From Ionaspis alba (taxonomy: Eukaryota), in contig CAXUUL010000010.1 of NCBI GenBank assembly GCA_964255285.1, forward strand, positions 1 through 64,000: a stretch of DNA of 64,000 nt, read 5' to 3'. Under the pieces are notes generated by a model, which was given only the letters and a program-made list of their open reading frames with translations, did no database searches and had not been told where the DNA came from. This document shows, in pieces, positions 1 through 12,004 of the stretch (position 1 is its first letter; every line of letters starts with the position of its first letter). Position numbers and translations under genes: made by a program.

Positions 1-895
1 AAAAAGACTTCAAGAGCTGGTGGAACAACAGTTTGAAAATGACTTTACCATGTATTGATATCTTTCCACTACTCGTTGCGCAGAGTTCCCAGACGTCATC
101 GTCTTGAAAAGCCACACCCGTGCATATGCCGCCCAAGTGTGTCCGAGGACCCTTGATAGACGCCGCAGTCGCGAATTGCTCTCAGCCAGAAACCGACCTT
201 TTGCCGTCAAGACAACCACAAGGATTATGGGAATGGGGATGTCTTCCACTCGGGAGTGTGGAACGACCATTAATCGAGCTCGTTGGATGGGAGACTGCAA
301 ACCTTGGAAAGAGATCCACGAGCGCTTCAACTTAAGAACCTGGAGCATGAGAGAAGCTGCCTCCACCAGCTGCTTGACGATCCACATCTAAAAAACATCT
401 ATTACGGTGTCCAGCTCACTGTTGTGCCGCGATAATCATGCGCAATTGCTGACACTTCGCCATGCCTATGCAAGGCTGTTGATGAGCTAAGTTATACTGA
501 TCCTCTATCACAGCTGACACCCTTGCGCAGTGAGTTCACTCTAAGGCGCAGAATGGTATGACAACACGCAGTATATCCCTGCTGTTACCCTAGTACATTG
601 TGCTCTGCTTGGCAGCTGCATGCCCGCGTTGAAATTGTCGCCAACTTCCAATGATCAACGAGGGGCTAGACTTTAGTTTGAATGCGTCGACTCGCCACGA
701 GTCAAGAAGTATGCAACTGATTGATTGACCGGAATATCAGGTGCATGCCCGTTATCGACGACGAGAGACATATGTCAAGAGGCAAAGCAGTCAAAGCGGC
801 GAGGTGGATAAGGATATAACAAGCACGGTGTCCCGGAAGTTATCAAAGGCTACGCTGCCAGGTTGTCCCTGGCCGTCCATGTCTCTGACTTAGAG

Positions 896-2271
896 ATGGA
901 CTCCCCACCAGAGGCCAATAGCATGGAAGTGACTCCTCTCCTACCGCCCCCTCCTGGAACTGCTCCAAATTTTGTCAATCCCGAGAATTCGGCATACGAA
1001 ACCTACGTAGCCGCCGGAATATGTCTGTCGCTGATGCTCTTGTTCACTTCCGCACGCGTCTATGCTAAACTGAAGCTGATACGAGGAAGGACCTTGGATG
1101 ATTGTATCGCCCCTGCCTTTACTTATATTGACACGGTGCTGACGCGGAGTCTAGATATACATGTGTTGAGTTTTGTATATCCCCTGTGCTGATCGACTGG
1201 AAAGATCTAACATGACAGAAAAGTCATCAGCATGCATATACATTGTCCTGACAGTAGTCGGTAGATAAAGATTAATACCTCTTTAAAGTTAATGTGCATA
1301 AGCTGACAAGCAAGTAGTTGTTCATGAGGGTTTATATGGCCGTCATGGATGGGATGTCACCCTCGGGATGTTCCTTCCCAAGCACTTGGAAGTACATCGA
1401 CCTTTATCTTTGTCATTCTATCTACGATTGGCTGATATCTCTCCACCAGTTGTCACTAATACTCAGAGTCATCTATGGACCGTTCATCTGGATTATCAAA
1501 TTGTCCTTGTTCCTGTTATACCTAGAAACATTCGGTCGCCTCAAATGGCTAAGACGTCTCGTCTATGTGGGCGCTATTCTTACGGGATTGATCTATTTCT
1601 CTTCAATGATTGCTCTCATCATCCTATGCGCTCCTAGAGACGGGCAGACAGAACAATCATACCTGATAGCTCTATCCTCACCACGTTGCGCTCTCAGCAA
1701 ACCGTTGAGCATCGCACTCGGCAGTGTCAATATTGTTAGCGACTTTTATATCCTAATCATTCCTTTACCAGCGGTTTGGTCGCTTCAACTCCCAATACGA
1801 AGTAAGATTGGCGTTTCAGCAATCATATTGACAGGTCTCATGTAAGATATGTTTCTTTGGTGGGTCGCCCATGCTGAGAATATGTAATTTAGGGCCTGTG
1901 TTAGTAGCATCGCTGGTCTATACTATCGATTTGTCGCCCTCAGGAGCGACGATGATACTTGGACCGTCATATCGCTTTGGATCGTGACGTAAGTAACACT
2001 AAGGCTGTTTCTTACAGTCGCTGACGAGCAAGCAAGTTTCCTTGAGATGACAGCCGGTGTCATCATACCATGTATGCCTAGTCTTGCCGCGGTCCACCGC
2101 CACCACAAGGCCTCTGTGTTGTTGTACTTGAGTAGTCCAAGGAGAATGCTTTACAGTCGCTCCACGATCTTTAGATCCTCACAGAAGCTGCGAGACATTG
2201 ACGATAGTGTCGAATTGCGACCGATTGAGAGATATACCATGATCGACAAGCCACAGGTAAGGGAGGTGTAA
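896..2271 (+). CDS. PTH11-like integral membrane protein (fungal rhodopsin domain), about 7 exons
   Basis: N-term PPPPGTAPNFVNP; spliced segments YGRHGWDV, IIKLSLFLLYLETF, NIVSDFYILIIPLPAVWSLQLP..KIGV, EMTAGVIIPCMPSL. GT..AG introns near 1104-1154, 1175-1223, 1261-1317, 1393-1450, 1843-1891, 1989-2036. Start may be 896 or 923. Confidence 0.8.
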
Positions 2272-2900
2272 AGAAGGTCGGCGAGTCGGGAAGGGCACAA
2301 TGGGAGGAGTAGGAGCGTAACTGTTACTGGAACAACGCGGATTACCTACAGCAAAGAGCAGGAATCAAACTTTAAATTGGATTTCCAGGACGTCGTAATC
2401 AATTTCCATAGCTGCTCCGCTTCTATTGAGATCAGGGTTGTACCAATTTATTAGTAGAGGCTGTGAGAAGGCTTGGTAAACTTCACAAGGCGGAATTTCA
2501 CGAATCCCAGAACCACGAACTCCATCATCACCCATGGATGAGTATCATGCTCTGATACCTTCGCCAGAAACCATTGTCCACCATGTTATTGCTACGCAAG
2601 GCCATAAACACGCATCAGGTGCCTGCTTCGGCCCTCCCAAATCCGCAATGCAGTGCCTTCAAGCGTCACCACCCTAGCCACCTGCTAACGACGCCCCTCA
2701 ATAAATTGAGCTGAACGCTGCTTTCATCTCGTTATATCAGGCAGTCTACCTGCCTCTTGATTCTTTAAAGAGCCATTCTCTGGCTATCGGAGCCGCAGCA
2801 NNNNNNNNNNNNNNNNNNNNNNNNNNNNNNNNNNNNNNNNNNNNNNNNNNNNNNNNNNNNNNNNNNNNNNNNNNNNNNNNNNNNNNNNNNNNNNNNNNNN

Positions 2901-3385
2901 CCGTGACGAATTTTGGGGTGTTCTACTTTCCGGATCCAGTCAAAGGCACTAAGGAGATGTACCGCACACTCAAAGCTGGTGGGGTTGCGGTTGTGACGTG
3001 CTGGAGGCAGATTGGCTTTTTGGACTTGTTCTATCCGGTACAAGAGATTGTGAAGCCAGCGAACAAGGTCGAGAGTATGCCGACGCTGGATAAGTGGATG
3101 AAACCTGATGTTGTGGAGGGAGTGATGAGGGATGGGGGCTTTGAGTTTGTGGAGGTTGGGGAGAAGGAGGTTGCGATTTGGGATGATACTGCTGAGAGCT
3201 TAGTAGTCAGGATGGCTGATACGATGCAGGGGTTTGTGGGTGGGCAGTGGAGTGAGGAGGAAATGAGACGGATGGAGGAAGCCACCAGGAGGGTTTGGAG
3301 GGAGCAAGGGAATAAGTATTTCTTGCAGGAGAATGGGAAAGTAGGAATCAAGATGGTGGCGTGGGTTGCTATTGGGCGCAAGTAA
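2901..3385 (+). CDS. Class I SAM-dependent methyltransferase, C-terminal part (5' end lost in gap 2801-2900)
   Basis: TNFGVFYFPDPVKGTKEMYRTLKAGGVAVVTCW and terminal MVAWVAIGRK, typical of fungal UbiE-like methyltransferases. Confidence 0.75.
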
Positions 3386-3696
3386 GTGGGCTTTATGAAG
3401 GCAGCGCTGGTCCGTTGATTGACTGTGGAGATGGGTGTTCGGGAAGATACTTGTTTCTGAGTCATCGATGGCACGTAATCACAACAACGTTTCCGACGCT
3501 TCGGGTTGGACGTAGAGAAAATAGTAAATAGTTGATATGTGCAATGTTGATGGCTATAATGACAGCTGAATGAGAAGCCGAAGTTAATCAGGGTATATCC
3601 ACCAAAGATCCCAAAACGCCCGCTAAGCAACAACATGCAGAAGCCCAAGCCCCGTATAGACAGCAAAGAAGAAAATATACAGGACAAAGCAGTCAT

Positions 3697-5952
3697 CTAT
3701 ATGGCGTAATTTTCTGTATGTAAGAAAATCTCATCGATCGCCGAGTTGTGGATGACTTGACGCTGCATCCTCGCAACACACCTCTGCACATCTAATCTCA
3801 TACTCGGCGGTCCGCAAACGAAGACGCAGGTCCGCCTACCAAACTCCCTCTGGAAACCCCTCAGCATGAAAGGGATATCGGGTCGCCCGTACTCGGTTCG
3901 CCATCCCACCTTCTTAGTCGCAACGGATGGTAGGAAAGCGAAGCGCATAAGGTTCTTCTGCAACATCGTGGGTGTAGATGGAAACCCAAAATCGAAATTT
4001 GGGTTCGGGTCCGGAGCTGGGATCTCAAGTTTGAACGTCGGTCTAGCCTTTTTCGCTTCTCTCGGAGGAGCAAGGTATGCTTGTGGGAGAGCGGTGATAC
4101 CGTCCTCGTTCTCCTGTCGAAGTTCTCGCTCTTTCTCAGCATCGCCACCGGCTTCTTGGCGAATATGAGCTGAGTTTCGCTTATTGGCAATACCTTCGAA
4201 GGTGTCATTGATCTTATCATGAAAAAGAGTGCTGACAGGACGAGAATGCCCTCCAGCGTTTGGTGCTGCGTTTGGATCATGCCGTTTGGCAGCAGTGATG
4301 AAGAATTGGCAGTGGACGGTCTCTTGAGGTGCAAATTGGCGACATATTCGAAGCTCCTCCTTGAACCACTCCATCGTCTCGGGACGTTTCAGTGCCCAGA
4401 CTACGTGGACTTGCTTGGTAACCGCCTTTCCATCTCTCATGCGCTTGATCAGATCCAGCAAGTGACTCACTATCGCAGTGATACCGCTACCTCCAGCGAA
4501 GAAGATCACGGTGTCGAAGGCAGCCGGTTCTCGTTGCATGCCACCATAAGGACCATCGAGAAACGCACGGTATGTTTGGTCAGCTCCATTCTCCAAGGCC
4601 GCATTGACAACTTTTCGAGTGAAACCACCAAATGGTCGAAACACCAATACCATATCTCGATACTGCTCCCCATATTCAGAAGGAAAATCTTCGCTGCACA
4701 AAGACGCCACTGTGAAGGGATGGTTTTCGAAGACCGAGATGCCCGGCATTCGAAGGTATACATACTGACCAGGTCTCCACTTCACTTGTGTTGGAATGGT
4801 GACTTTGACAGCGTTCTCTGGAAGAAGAGTGATCGCTGCTTCTTCCCCTATCAACCACGACATTCGCCACGGATTCGCCCAGTTGAGGAAGAATAGTCGG
4901 ATGACATATGATATGAACCAGATGGCAGTCGTCGCTGCAAGGTAGTGCCAGGAGGTGAGATAGTTGTTACAATGCCAAAAGAGCATGGCAAGGAAGACTA
5001 CAGAGGCAGGAACATGCAAAGCGATGAACAACTCGTACATCTTAGCACGGAAAAATGGCAATGAATGTATACACAGAAATCCGAGAGGTACAAGCGCAGC
5101 TATACCTGTCAAGTAAATATAGTACTGCCCCGAGAAGTAACTTTGGAAGACCGCGAAGCCGCCCTGATCCCAGAGCGGAGCGATGTAGAACGGTATAGTG
5201 TGGATGAGACTGAGTAGTAGGCATAGATAACCGCCCCATCGGTGTAGCACGTTAAGTCTTTCGTGACCGATACCCGTCAGCATTGATATCATGTTGGCTT
5301 TCATGCTGAGGGCTATAATCCATGGCATGAGAGCAACAGCAATCATTCCTGATCTGATGGCTAATGGTGGCGATCCAAATCCGATGGAGGCGTAATAAAG
5401 CGGCCTTGGCAGGAAAGAGTATAGCACAGTAAATGCCACAGCGGCAAGAATAACTAGAGCGGCACCAGATGAAGGTAGACTGAGTTGGCGTTTCCGAAAG
5501 GTGAGCATGGGCAAAGGTCTATAAAACACCCAGCGCACAAAGGCTAGTGTGTTGTTCAGTGGTGCTATGGACGAAACAGTTGAATCTGCTTTCGGTTGAT
5601 CTGGGAGGTTGCCAGCACGCGGAAAGAACTTGACCGCGGAGTTGTTGGTATGCAGGTTGACCATCTCATAATCGCTGTCCGGTGAAGAGGTCTTGGACGA
5701 CTTTACCACCTCTTCCTTGTAAAGTGCCCGACGTATCTTGTCCGTCCAAAGGTGATATATTCGAACAAGGCATGTCGCAATTAGGAGTATGATGCAGAAA
5801 TACACCCATCCAAGGGCATATTGTCCCGATTGAGACCAAGGGTCCTGCTTGCTTGCTGCGATCAGTCCCACTGGACTCTTTGAGGTAACAGGAATGTTGA
5901 CTCGTTCCACGAGCGTTGGGGATTCATCGAGTAACGAGTGTATGGTAGGCAT
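3697..5952 (-). CDS. Ferric/cupric reductase-like transmembrane metalloreductase (FRE family), intronless
   Basis: Heme-ligand helices LHRWGG, LIHTIPF, LHVP, FWHC; FAD motif HPFT; DGPYG; AGGSGIT; VFVCGP; C-terminal ENY. First in-frame ATG is at 5952. Confidence 0.9.
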   Translation of the reverse strand: MPTIHSLLDESPTLVERVNIPVTSKSPVGLIAASKQDPWSQSGQYALGWVYFCIILLIATCLVRIYHLWTDKIRRALYKEEVVKSSKTSSPDSDYEMVNLHTNNSAVKFFPRAGNLPDQPKADSTVSSIAPLNNTLAFVRWVFYRPLPMLTFRKRQLSLPSSGAALVILAAVAFTVLYSFLPRPLYYASIGFGSPPLAIRSGMIAVALMPWIIALSMKANMISMLTGIGHERLNVLHRWGGYLCLLLSLIHTIPFYIAPLWDQGGFAVFQSYFSGQYYIYLTGIAALVPLGFLCIHSLPFFRAKMYELFIALHVPASVVFLAMLFWHCNNYLTSWHYLAATTAIWFISYVIRLFFLNWANPWRMSWLIGEEAAITLLPENAVKVTIPTQVKWRPGQYVYLRMPGISVFENHPFTVASLCSEDFPSEYGEQYRDMVLVFRPFGGFTRKVVNAALENGADQTYRAFLDGPYGGMQREPAAFDTVIFFAGGSGITAIVSHLLDLIKRMRDGKAVTKQVHVVWALKRPETMEWFKEELRICRQFAPQETVHCQFFITAAKRHDPNAAPNAGGHSRPVSTLFHDKINDTFEGIANKRNSAHIRQEAGGDAEKERELRQENEDGITALPQAYLAPPREAKKARPTFKLEIPAPDPNPNFDFGFPSTPTMLQKNLMRFAFLPSVATKKVGWRTEYGRPDIPFMLRGFQREFGRRTCVFVCGPPSMRLDVQRCVARMQRQVIHNSAIDEIFLHTENYAI

Positions 5953-6665
5953 TCTTGTCCCTCCTCTTTCAATCCTGACTGGCCGAGTATTCCTTACCCA
6001 GACGTAGCTCTCCACAATTCGAGTGGCGAAATGAGATTGACCACCATCAACTGCAGAGCTCCAACGAGCGGTGACTGGTGTCGAGGGCTGATATGTATCT
6101 GGATTGATAGCTTATAGACTGGCGGAGACGATTCGCATTGTAATCCTCCTATTCAGTCTCGATCGCTCGTGTTTCTGCGCATCTGAGATCTGGGTTGTCA
6201 AAGGTGGAGCAGCGTCTCAGATTTGCGACTCCGATCGAAGCGGCGCAGACCGAATGAAACTCCTTGGAAGCTCTTGCGGTCTGTCAGATAAGTAACAAAT
6301 CGGAATTTATATCTGATGCTGCGAGGTTGGAGGCGTGGAGAACCGAATAACCGTCCCCAAGCAATAGGCTCGAGGTAATCGATAAGTAGACGAGTGCGAC
6401 GTTCGGGAAAGAGGAGTTCAATGCGGGACTCCTTGTGTATATGCAAGTTTCAGCAGGTGCAGAACGGGATACCACTAAGAACGACGCAGGGGATAGTGCG
6501 AGTGTGCTCATCACATCATGGGCACTTTCCCAAATGTGATGAGCGATCTGTTCTGATCAATGGTACTGCGCATTACGGCGCCTGGTAAGCCCGGAGTGAT
6601 CGAGGTCGAGGGACCCTCCTCCAAGCATCCTAGGTGAGGTTTGCAGAAGCTCCTCCTGCGGGACG

Positions 6666-7420
6666 TTATTGGAGGGAGCATTGAAGAAACGGCTGCGCTA
6701 TGCTCCAAGCCACGGGTGCTGGGCCGCGAATCAAGGTTGTCGGCGGCGGTGGCTCTCCACCACTGCTCAAGGAGCGGAGGGTGTTGATTCGCCATCTCGA
6801 TGTGGCTATCACTTTAGCAAGGGAGGGCAAATGCAGGTGCAATGCCAAAGCGAGCCAGTCATCGTCCTGCTCTAGCCGCCGAGCTCGTCCAGTCCTGTCT
6901 AGCTCTATAGGGTTAGGGTAACGGTAGCCGATGGACTGCTGCAAGTCTACTTTGTCGATTGTAATCACTTCCACTGCATCCATAAGTCTGAAATGCAACA
7001 ATTCCTTTTTGAGCAAGTACTTTTCGTTGGAGGCAGCCAGTCCAAAGAAGATGATGATCAGATCGAACGGGGGCCTTATAGCTGGACGGCATTGGCTTTC
7101 CCTTGACGCAAGCCTCAAGCCACCTCGAGAGAATCCTAGAGCTTTCGAGACTTGGTAGACAATATTGACAAACTGCAAATACCATAGAATCGATCTCCTT
7201 TCTTTAAAGCTCCGGACTTCCAAATTTGTGATTACATGCTTCGCAAATGCATAGTGTCTTTTCAATATATTTCCTATTGTGATCAAGTCTATCGCTATGC
7301 GCGAAGCTTCTTGGTATATCCTTGTCACTTCAAGTCCAGTGCTCTTGAGCAAACGACGGCGGTTATATCATGTATATCAAAGGGGTTATCACGAAAATGT
7401 CACCAGTGTCATGATGATGT
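6666..7420 (-). pseudogene. Possible decayed Ser/Thr protein kinase relic
   Basis: Kinase-like word order NIVYQVSKALGF...RPPFDLIIIFFGLA (DFG-like)...AVEV (APE-like)...DKVDL, but no HRD, no ATG start and stops upstream. Confidence 0.3.
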
Positions 7421-8280
7421 CGGTTCGTTTCTGAATGTCTCCTATCATGCCTTTTTGGGCAGATCGTCGTGCCTGGCTAGACTTGAAAGGGAAAACGGCG
7501 AGTACGCTTCCGAATAGCCATTGCCACCTCTAGTCCCATATCATCTCTTTATGGGAGACTACTACTCCACGACGTTTGAGCGCTTACAGAAGTGTTCTCT
7601 TCCGACTGCAAACTCGATATTTNNNNNNNNNNNNNNNNNNNNNNNNNNNNNNNNNNNNNNNNNNNNNNNNNNNNNNNNNNNNNNNNNNNNNNNNNNNNNN
7701 NNNNNNNNNNNNNNNNNNNNNNCACGACGTTTGAGCGCTTACAGAAGTGTTCTCTTCCGACTGCAAACTCGATATTTACCTACTTATCTTTTGGCTGAGG
7801 AGACATGTTGTTTACCACCTTCCAAATGAGAATGACATGAAGCCGTACTGCCCTTTCTTCCTTTATATTCGAACAGATGTTATGTATAATACTTATTCCA
7901 CAGGCGCCATTTCTTTCGCTGTACCACATATTAATGGACCAACGCAGACCTTTTCGATGCTCGAAATGATGGGACAGAGAAGCAGATGCGAGCACCAGTT
8001 CATCCCAACGGTGATGAAGAAAGCCCAGTCAAAATATCTACAAGTTTTCTCGTAGGGCCCTAGAACACTGGTTATCATCATATAGTGAGCCAATGCATTA
8101 TTCCTACATCGTACCACATGAAAATTGGAGATACGAAACTGTGCTGTTTTACACATTCCCTAAGTATGTACAGTAGACTTCGAACCCCTTGCACATCCCC
8201 ATTGACAGCGCTCTTTGTGCCATTGCTCAATTGATTCAGATGGTCACCTCTATTAACCTTCTCGAACGATGACCACGAGT

Positions 8281-9033
8281 CTACTCCATCACCTTACCCA
8301 AAAATTCCTTCTCCAACCTCCCAACCTCCCTCTTGAACGCATCCACTTCTCTCCAGCAGTCCAGCGGTCTCCGGTCGTTGATCCTCAAACAATTCACCAC
8401 CTCGTCCCTCGCCTTCTCTACCTTTCCATCCACCACATCCTCTCTCAGCTTCCGGCTCTGTAACTTCTTCCGTAGCTCGTCAATCTCCCGCTGCACGGTC
8501 TGCCGACCTAAGTCTCGTAGGTTGTCCCCACTAGCCTTGGCGGCATGGTCAGCGCCGCCTCTTGATAAGGACTGGTCCGGAGTTTTTGCGTCCGGGTGAG
8601 AACTCTTGGTGGTAGAGTCTGGTGTGGCGGAGATTTGCTCTTCGAGTTCTTTAAGAGCACGTGTTTGTTCTGCTTCGAGCCGTGTGAGTTCGGCGTGGAC
8701 GCGTGATTGGATGTGGAGTTCTAGGTCTTTGGCGCGGGTGCTGTCTGTCTAAGTAATGGAGGCCGAATTAGCGGAGGCAATGATGGAGGTGGGCTAGGCT
8801 ATGAGTTTGATCGTATAGACTACGAGGAGAAGGGCTATGTGAAGTGCGTACCTCCGGACTAGCTTGAAGCGCCTCGATGAGTTCCTGGGAGAATCGCACA
8901 GGGGTTTCACTGTAGGAGGGTTATAGGTCAGTGATTGAAAGAGCCTTTTTGTCCTGGTACTTTATAAGAGATCGTACCTAGCGAACACATGCTGCGTACT
9001 CGACGGCGGAGGTTTTGAGGTGCCTTGGCCCAT
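8281..9033 (-). CDS. MIC19: MICOS subunit Mic19 (DUF1690 / CHCH-like), 3 exons
   Basis: Myristoylation-type start MGQGTS; PVRFSQELIEALQ / TDSTRAKDLELHIQSRV; C-term VVNCLRINDRRPLDCWREVDAFK. Confidence 0.85.
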
Positions 9034-10161
9034 TTCGTGGGCGTCAATGGATCTGGAGAGAATAAATCCATGCTGCAGGGAAGGTCCGTTTGATAACTTG
9101 GCACGGAACACGTGATCCAATCTCTGGCACGAAGATCGCTGTTACGAATATCTCTATCACATTTACTTCTACGATTACAATCGACATAGCAGATCTTCAA
9201 TATAAACAACAAACATCTTCTTTGTTTGAGTTCAAAAAAGCCTGTCTTTGATTTTCATGAACTGACAGTCTTTACTCGTCTTTTGGCTGCAATCATCTCT
9301 TCCACGCACTCGGGTCGAGCCTCGCATTTGCAGGAGCATGGAGCCAATATATGCTCACGTGCGATCCTGTTGTTGGTGATTCTGCAGGTCAATGCGACTG
9401 TACATATCGAATCCAGTACCTTGATCACATTGAACATATCGCATGGCACGAGGATCTTGAGGTCTGACAAAGGATTTTCTGCCCCTCTTTCGCTGAATCT
9501 CCTCGTACTCAACTAAGTGACCGAACAAATTCGNNNNNNNNNNNNNNNNNNNNNNNNNNNNNNNNNNNNNNNNNNNNNNNNNNNNNNNNNNNNNNNNNNN
9601 NNNNNNNNNNNNNNNNNNNNNNNNNNNNNNNNNCTGCCCCTCTTTCGCTGAATCTCCTCGTACTCAACTAAGTGACCGAACAAATTCGAGAGCAGCAAAT
9701 TCATCCTCTAAGTTCATAAGTGTATTTCTTTCCGTCGGGGCAGTCTACATTTGTCCTCAATTCGGAGAAGGGCCGCATCGTGCCCCACCACCAGATCTGT
9801 CCGGACCCCGCCTCTAGGCATTGGTTCCTTCGTCTTCTCAACCCTGGCGCTCCTCGAAACCCACACTCCCCCGCCTTTCGAGCACTCAGCTCCTACTTCT
9901 GTATCTTTACCATATGTCAACTGTCAGTTGTCGAAATATACTGGCAGGTTGTGGGTGACTTACACCCGGATTGTTTCGTTGATCGTTCTACTGGTTGTCC
10001 TTCTTGTCCAATTCCTTCGCCCACGGACAATAGTGTATACCTCGAAGCCGACGACCAGCATCAATCCACACACCTCCCATCTTGACCTCAGTCTTGCTAC
10101 AGTGGTCATCTGTCCCACTGTAGTATCGTTCCCAACAAGCCTACCAACATCAGCAGCCAAC

Positions 10162-11898
10162 ATGGCTCTCGCAAAGGAAGCCCAGCGGATTGCCGCCGAA
10201 TTCAATTACCCCACGGAAGAAGTCAATAAGGGCGTAAAGGAATTCAGAAGACAAATGGGTTTGCGACGTCAGAAACCCCATCTCCAAAGCGCTATGCTAA
10301 CACTTGAAGTTCAGATGAGGGCCTCAAAACCGTGGGATCAACCATGAGTCAGATACCGAGTTATGTCACGGCAGTACCGAATGGGACAGAAAAGGTTTGG
10401 GGATTACTTCAGTGCACTCGCTCATTGACTGATCGGCGCTATCTAGGGCTTGTATTTGGCTGTTGATCTCGGTGGTACAAACTTTCGTGTCTGTTCCGTT
10501 CATCTTAATGGAGATACAACCTTCGAGATTCAGCAGGAGAAAGTCGCGATCGAACCCGAAATGATGGCGGCTAAGACCTACAAGGAACTTTTCGCGCATA
10601 TGGCAAAGCAGATTGAACTGTTCCTCAAGAAACATCACAACGACCATTTTGAGGAAGCAGTACGAAGGCGCAAGACAATGAGCGCATCTGAAGGATTTCG
10701 AGAAGAACACGTCTTCAGGTTGGGGTTCACTTTCAGCTTTCCAGTCGAGCAGTTCGGCATCAACAGAGGTAATCTTATCCGATGGACCAAAGGCTACGAC
10801 ATCAAGGACGCAGTTGGCAAGGATGTCTGTGCTCTTTTGCAAACGGAAATTGATCTACTACATCTTCCTGTCAAAGTCGCTGCCCTGGTCAACGATACAG
10901 TCGGGACTCTCATGGCAAGATCATATACCTCGCCAGGCAAGACTGGCACCCTGTTAGGAGCCATATTCGGTACTGGAACCAATGGTGCTTACGTCGAGAA
11001 GCTAGACAAGATCACTAAGCTTCAGAAAATGAACACCACGGATTATGACAAATCCACAGGAGAAATGATCGTGAACACAGAATGGGGTTCATTCGATAAT
11101 ACAATGATTGTCTTGCCAACCACTCCTTATGACGATCAATTAGACAAGGTGAGCGTCAATCCTGGGATCCAGATGTTTGAGAAGCGAGTTTCAGGCATGT
11201 TCCTTGGCGAGATCCTGCGGCTTTCCATTCTCTCTCTTATCAACAATTCCGAAATAGATTTTCTCAAGGAGGAAAAGTCGAAAGGAGAGACCACCTCCTC
11301 AGCAATCAACGAAAAAACATATCCAAAATTGCATAAGAAGCACACAATCGACGCCAGCTTTCTCAGTATATCGCAGGCTGATGCAAGTGATGATCTTTCC
11401 AAAATAAAGGAGGCATTCCGATCAGTTGTTGATATTGGTACGCTGAGTACGGAAGACGCCCGAGCCATCAAACTCATTGCCGCTGCCATTGCGAAGCGTT
11501 CCGCTCGCCTGAGCGCCGTGGCTATTGGGGCCATCGTTATCGCTACTGGCAGACTGGAACAAGACAAGCCTACGCCTGCCATCACTTCCGAGACCAAGGC
11601 AAAAGAGCAAGTGGACAAGGACAGCGAAGCTGCGAGTGAGGACGAGATCATCGACATTGGTGTCGACGGAAGCCTGGTCGAGAAGTACCCTGGATTCGTG
11701 GATTATATCCGAGAGGCCCTCAAGGAGATTCCGGAGATAGGTCCCAGTGGAGAGAAGAAGATACGGATTGGTCAGGCAGAAGATGGGAGTGGAGTGGGTG
11801 CTGCGTTGATCGCGCTTGTAGCACGTAAGGTGGAACGTCCCCTCGACCTGCCTATAGAGTCATTTGACAGAGGTGCCAGTCTACCTGCTGTGGAGTAG
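10162..11898 (+). CDS. glkA: Glucokinase (hexokinase family), 3 exons
   Basis: LAVDLGGTNFRV, LGFTFSFP, RWTKG, VNDTVGTLMARSY, IFGTGTNGAY, NTEWGSFD, FEKRVSGMFLGE, DGSGVGAAL. N-term MALAKEAQRIAAEF resembles Pezizomycotina glucokinase. Confidence 0.92.
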
Positions 11899-12004
11899 TA
11901 TAGTNNNNNNNNNNNNNNNNNNNNNNNNNNNNNNNNNNNNNNNNNNNNNNNNNNNNNNNNNNNNNNNNNNNNNNNNNNNNNNNNNNNNNNNNNNNNNNNN
12001 NNNN

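Noticed and set aside
3031..3696. 221-aa minus-strand ORF abutting the reductase stop (possible readthrough)
   Set aside because: Largely antisense to the methyltransferase, no protein-like features and no TGA-CTA readthrough context.
7568..7777. Direct repeats around N-gaps as target-site duplications, LTRs or CRISPR-like repeats
   Set aside because: All four cases are exactly 55 bp, unrelated to each other and abut Ns; two fall inside conserved coding sequence, so they are assembly artefacts.
9226..9704. Short ORFs between MIC19 and glucokinase
   Set aside because: Even with the gap collapsed no frame gives a recognisable protein; probably promoter sequence.
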